From: the human T2T-CHM13v2.0 reference genome, Homo sapiens
Reading direction: 5' to 3' (one strand)
Assembly (NCBI RefSeq): GCF_009914755.1
Contig: NC_060939.1
Length of the DNA stretch: 64,000 nt
Positions 62,191-64,000 of this stretch are shown one piece after another. The notes beneath the pieces were generated by a model. That model had not been told where the DNA came from and did no database searches. It saw only the letters and a list, made by a program, of their open reading frames with translations. Numbering within the stretch: the stretch's first letter is position 1; every line of letters begins with the position of its first letter. Position numbers and translations under genes: made by a program.

Positions 62191-64000
62191 TTCATTTTAA
62201 AGAGACATTAACATTAACATTTGAGATTGGGGCTCTTAGATTTTCAGGCCCATCTCTGTTTGTGAAAACCAAGCAGGTGGAGAACAGCTTGTGTATCACT
62301 ATGTAGGAAGAAGCAATCAGTAGTTTCTCTGTGTCCAGGAGTCCGTGTGAAAGGCTGTCCTCTAATCTTGCTGTACTAAGGCGACTTCTTTTCACCCATC
62401 TCCTGCAAATCAGTTGAGAGTGGCAGTGCTAGTTTGTTTGTCAGTTTTCACTTGCACTCCCTCTCTCTGAGCTCGTGGGTGTTAATGTGACATGTGCGAA
62501 ATGTCACCAAAGAAATGATCATAAACATGACTTCCCACAAATGGTATTCTCCTGCCAGAAAAACAAATGTAACTATGGGGTGGTATAATTTGGTATGGGC
62601 TGTGGAGGTTCTAATATGCAATAGAATAAATCCCAGATATTTTGTGAACTATGAGTCAGAATGAATGAGTACTTACTGTAATTTAGTAAGTGGTACTTTA
62701 AAATCTGATGGGGTAAGGAGGAAAATTTGATTGAAGGGAGAAACAAAAAGGGAACCATTTCTCATTTTCATCTTCTGATGCCCCGTTCTGAATGTGACAC
62801 CCAGGACATGTTTTATGAGACCACTGGATATATACCCAAAAGTTTGCAAGGAGCGTGTCTTAGAAAAGAAAGTTTTGCCTGCTGTGGAGATGTGGCAGCG
62901 TTGGACTGGAAAATGTTAAGGAATGTGAATTTTCTTCATGTGCTGGAAGGCTTTGTTGGCACTGCATCCTCCTCTTAGATGCATGGAGGGCATGAGAGTA
63001 AGATTGGAGTGGAAGCAGGAACATGATGGCTCTTGGCACAGAACAGACAGGGATGCCAGCAATGCTTTCTCTTCTTGCATGTCCTTTCTCCTCATAAGCT
63101 GTCACTGTGGATATAGACCAAGCTATCTTCCCTGTAAATAGCCCTGATCCACACACTGCCCTGTCCCATAGGTCAGCCATAGTGTACTATTCATAAATAG
63201 AAATCAAGTGACTGAGCAAACTCAGATAATATGTGATAGAGACCGGAAGTGAAAGGAGATAGGAGTTTGATAAATGGACATGTATTACACTGGAGGAGCT
63301 GCAGCTGAAGAAGAGAAGGCTTGATCCCCAAATGGGAAGGATGCCCATGCCATCCACATTCTTCACTGAACATGGCTGAGTCCCAGATGGTTTCTCTGTG
63401 TATGCGGCCCGACTTCAGAGGGAGAGAATCAATGTGAACTCTCTAATGTGATAGAATGCTCTAATTGGATTAAGCACATTCTGAGTAAAGGCTGGTGGCA
63501 TCAGACCTACTGAGGCACCAACTGTGTTTCTGAGAGTTAAGGTGAAGAGGGCTGGTGGAGGGAGGGTGTAGTGTGGAGAATGCCAGGAGAGATGAGCATG
63601 TGGTATGGATCAGAGAGGTCTCTCTGGGCCACAGCTGTGCCTCCCTTTGACCTGTACAAGGTAAGAAGAGGAGGGACGAGTGCTGCCTGTTCATTTTTCT
63701 CCTTTTCTTTTTGAGCTCACATTTGTAGTAGGATGTTTCTCCTCATGGACTGACTCCTAAGTGTGACTGCAGATTAATCTACTCCATCAACTTTCACATA
63801 TTCATCCACACACAAAACATAAAACTTAGACATAGGATAAAAGAGCCCACCTTGATCATCTATGAAACACGATGTGGGCCATGAGGCAACTGCACTTTCA
63901 TAAAGGTTGCTTCAAGGCCTGTGTGGATAACATTTCAGGAGGACTGACTGGAGGCAGCCCTTGTGGGAGAACTAAAGCTCATCTATAAAATCTGTGCTCT

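Overview
Primate (most likely human) genomic DNA, roughly 85% transposable-element derived, with no recognisable host protein-coding exon, rRNA or tRNA. It contains the 3' 2.6 kb of a young L1PA2/3-type LINE-1 (frameshifted ORF2), many older L1 fragments (mostly minus strand), about 27 Alu elements or fragments (about 23 minus, many with readable TSDs), a fragmented ERVL-type provirus with a MER21-like LTR and protease/RT/RNaseH/integrase remnants, LTR12, LTR8, a complete THE1A element, solo MaLR/MLT2 LTRs, and MER20/MER44/MER47 DNA transposons. Repeat-poor islands lie at about 15.8-19.5 kb, 42.2-46.4 kb and 62.2-64 kb. The most unusual signals are: (1) an inverted L1 segment at 28873-29020 with about 15 A-to-G changes in about 150 bp in ADAR-preferred contexts, a candidate fossil of a hyper-edited RNA that retrotransposed; (2) a ~135-bp inverted repeat (17543-17679 / 18883-19020) with an RFX-like motif in each arm; (3) several templated-insertion or rearrangement scars. 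Subfamily names come from recalled consensus sequences and element boundaries are approximate; no database search was run. I do not see convincing evidence of a new protein-coding system.
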